Part shown: positions 62,191 to 64,000 of the stretch, piece by piece
Layout: every line of letters begins with the position of its first letter
Position numbering within the stretch: position 1 is the first letter of the stretch
NCBI GenBank assembly: GCA_023898465.1
Contig: CP060223.1
Location: 288,001-352,000, forward strand
Direction: 5' to 3'
Length of the DNA: 64,000 bases
DNA from: Candidatus Nomurabacteria bacterium
Lineage (GTDB): Bacteria; Patescibacteriota; Patescibacteriia; HK-STAS-PATE-3
The notes under the pieces: generated by a model
Seen by the model: only the letters and a program-made list of their open reading frames with translations
What the model was told of the DNA's origin: nothing
Databases searched by the model: none
Translations under genes and position numbers: made by a program

Positions 62191-63243
62191 ATGCCTCAGA
62201 CACAACCAAGTCAAGAAAGTCCTGCCGCTGCTCCTACGCCGGCGCCAGTAATGCCAGATGCTCAAGCTAAAATGAAAAAGCCGCAACTCAACAATCTCTA
62301 TGTCAAAGTTATCGGAGGCGTCCTCGGACTCTTTGTCTTGTTATTGATTGTGGTTGGTCTTGGTTTGTACGTGTTTGACTGGAAGGTAAATGTAGTCACT
62401 AATGTGGCAAAAACACTTCGCTATCCTATTGTCTTTGCGAATAGTCAGCCAATTTCCTACACCGCAATGCTGGAGGATAAGGCGACATTAAGTCATTACT
62501 ACAAAGCGCAATCAGACCTAAGTCCTGATCTCTTCCCAGAACCAAGTGACGAGGAGTTAACTGCAATTGTGTTAAATAAGCTGCTTAGCGACGCAATGAC
62601 AAATCAAATTGCGCATGATCAGGGTGTGAAGGTGAGTAACGCTGATGTGGAGTCAGAATACCAAAGCGTTGTTAGTCAATCAGGTAATGTTGAGACTGTA
62701 GAGCAAAATATTCGCGATCTATATAATTGGGACGTTGCCACCTTTAAAGAAAAGGTAATTCGACCCTTCCTCGTTCGCTCAGCAATTCAAGAGAAACTGG
62801 CGAATAATAACGATGAAAATGCACAAAAGCGTGAGTTAGCTGATGCGGTTTTGGCCAGAGTAAAAAATGGCAATGAAGATTTTGGCGAAGTTGCCAAGCA
62901 GTTTAGCGAAGATGAATCAACTGCCAGCAATGGCGGTGAGCTAGGCTTCTTTGGTCAGGGAGAAATGGTGCAGCCATTTGAAGACGCAGTGAGTCAACTT
63001 GAGCCAGGTGAAGTCAGCGACATCGTTGAAACGAGCTTTGGCTATCACATCATTCAACTCGAGGAAAAAGCTACGGACGATGATGGTAATCCAACTTATC
63101 GAGCCCGCCATATCCTCATCCGCACAAAGAGCGTGGACGACCTCATTGATGAGCGTCTAAAAGATGCCTCAGTATGGTTGCTTGCCAAGGGCTTTGTATG
63201 GAGCAAGGATGATGTCCAGGTATTGCCAGAAAGCGCACTATAG
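62191..63243 (+). CDS. membrane-anchored parvulin-type peptidyl-prolyl isomerase (PrsA/SurA-like)
   Basis: One TM helix. SASNGGELGFFGQGEMVQPFEDAV...ETSFGYHIIQL. Confidence 0.82.
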   Translation: MPQTQPSQESPAAAPTPAPVMPDAQAKMKKPQLNNLYVKVIGGVLGLFVLLLIVVGLGLYVFDWKVNVVTNVAKTLRYPIVFANSQPISYTAMLEDKATLSHYYKAQSDLSPDLFPEPSDEELTAIVLNKLLSDAMTNQIAHDQGVKVSNADVESEYQSVVSQSGNVETVEQNIRDLYNWDVATFKEKVIRPFLVRSAIQEKLANNNDENAQKRELADAVLARVKNGNEDFGEVAKQFSEDESTASNGGELGFFGQGEMVQPFEDAVSQLEPGEVSDIVETSFGYHIIQLEEKATDDDGNPTYRARHILIRTKSVDDLIDERLKDASVWLLAKGFVWSKDDVQVLPESAL

Positions 63244-63283
63244 GGATGCTAAAAAGTAGCTTCGCACAGTACGATGCGGAGCG

Positions 63284-63359
63284 TGGAGCCGAAGGGGGGA
63301 GTCGAACCCCCGACCTCTGCTTTACGAAAGCATTGCTCTACCAACTGAGCTACTTCGGC
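63284..63359 (-). tRNA. tRNA-Thr (anticodon CGT), CCA encoded
   Basis: The reverse complement folds as follows. Acceptor GCCGAAG/CTTCGGC, D arm GCTC-AGTTGGTA-GAGC, anticodon loop TTCGTAA, T arm GGGGG-TTCGACT-CCCCC, then discriminator T and CCA. 76 nt. Confidence 0.92.
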
Positions 63360-63425
63360 GAGTTATTATTGTCCGATTTTCAGAGCAAGGGAAGAATAGC
63401 GAAGACAGGGGAGTAACGTCAAGAA

Positions 63426-64000
63426 ATGGCCTATCCGATTCATCCAAAAGCAGGCGATTACTTTTTACAGGGAGGTCGCTTTGGGGTATTGCTTACTCAT
63501 GGCTTTTCTGGCTCTGCCTATGACCTGCGCGAGTTGGCCGAAGAGCTGCATACTCAAGGCTGGACCGTCTTAGTGAAGAGGTTAGCTGGCCACGGCACTG
63601 ATCCGCGTGATTTAGCGCAGAATGGGATAGCCGAGTGGCGAGCCTCGCTCGATGAAGCGCTTCATACACTACAAGAACATTGTGACAAAATCGCAGTTAT
63701 TGGCAATTCATTTGGCGGTAATCTTTTGACTGACCTGGCTCTGCGCCACCCAGGACAAGTATCCGGCATTGGGCTTTTATCAACGCCGATTTTTACCTAT
63801 GGTGAATGGTGGAAGCGTTTAGTGCTTCCTATGCTTATGCGTATTAAGTTTTCAGTGAAAAAGGCCTGGGTGCGCTACGAGGGTAAGGCTGATTATCTGG
63901 CTCGAGGTTCATACATTGAAATTCCGTTGCGTGCCTATAAGCAGTTTCTCGATTTTCTTAAGATCAGCCGCACTGAATTTTCACAGGTGCAGATCCCAGT
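63426..64000 (+). CDS. alpha/beta hydrolase (carboxylesterase-like), 3' end outside window
   Basis: Not in the ORF track because no stop lies in the window. Hand translation gives MAYPIHPKAGDYFLQGGRFGVLLTHGFSGSAYDLRELAEEL...IAVIGNSFGGNL (GxSxG nucleophile elbow). Confidence 0.75.
   Translation, partial: MAYPIHPKAGDYFLQGGRFGVLLTHGFSGSAYDLRELAEELHTQGWTVLVKRLAGHGTDPRDLAQNGIAEWRASLDEALHTLQEHCDKIAVIGNSFGGNLLTDLALRHPGQVSGIGLLSTPIFTYGEWWKRLVLPMLMRIKFSVKKAWVRYEGKADYLARGSYIEIPLRAYKQFLDFLKISRTEFSQVQIP

Noticed and set aside
1-64000. An alternative genetic code (UGA as a sense codon, as in some CPR lineages).
   Set aside because: Conserved genes end at TGA exactly where homologues end, for example GT4 at 7631-7633, scpB at 3235-3237 and tkt at 27978-27980. 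All long ORFs are intact under code 11.
1-64000. CRISPR arrays, rRNA genes, IS elements, transposases, integrases and prophage structural genes.
   Set aside because: I found no regularly spaced direct repeats and no recognisable transposase, integrase or capsid motifs in any of the listed ORFs. The only mobile-DNA hints are the tRNA-end duplication and the compositional islands.

Overview
64-kb chromosomal segment from a small-genome bacterium using the standard code (TGA is a stop). The gene content suggests a Patescibacteria/CPR, Saccharibacteria-like organism, but this is inference only: UPF0182, DUF4012, PduL+AckA, a fused 2-oxoacid:ferredoxin oxidoreductase and domain-trimmed aaRSs. Most genes are on the + strand and are housekeeping. 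In order: aspS (3' part), scpAB, tpiA-gap, tRNA-Glu, a CIRCE-controlled hrcA-grpE-hsp20-dnaK-dnaJ block, dus, an ABC-2 exporter, tkt-ROK kinase-rpiB-rpe, alaS and ssb. Then come pgk-eno with two tandem gpmI, pduL-ackA, korAB, recJ, rnhA, UPF0182 and RNase P RNA. The window ends with an envelope polysaccharide locus (WbaP-like, three GTs, Wzz-like, DUF4012, murJ), lepA, an ftsB-like gene, a parvulin, tRNA-Thr and a partial esterase. The standout is a compact low-GC three-gene insertion (7667-13392) between a glycosyltransferase gene and the hrcA promoter. It encodes an SNF2 ATPase carrying 13 tandem 15-residue repeats, a protein fusing a Cas4-like PD-(D/E)xK nuclease to a DEDDy-like exonuclease (DUF2779-type), and a Zn-ribbon protein. 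I read it as a candidate undescribed defence or DNA-surveillance system. Secondary oddities are listed here. (1) A 22-nt duplicate of the tRNA-Glu 3' end sits beside a GC-rich structured segment, with a related block 41 kb away inside an orphan promoter-to-terminator unit. (2) A roughly 430-nt GC-rich structured segment carries UUCG-capped hairpins. (3) Four self-contained high-GC orphan gene cassettes are present. (4) A relic lepA start lies upstream of lepA. (5) A repeated GCGCCGTCGCA box lies in the ssb leader. No CRISPR array, rRNA, transposase or integrase was seen.
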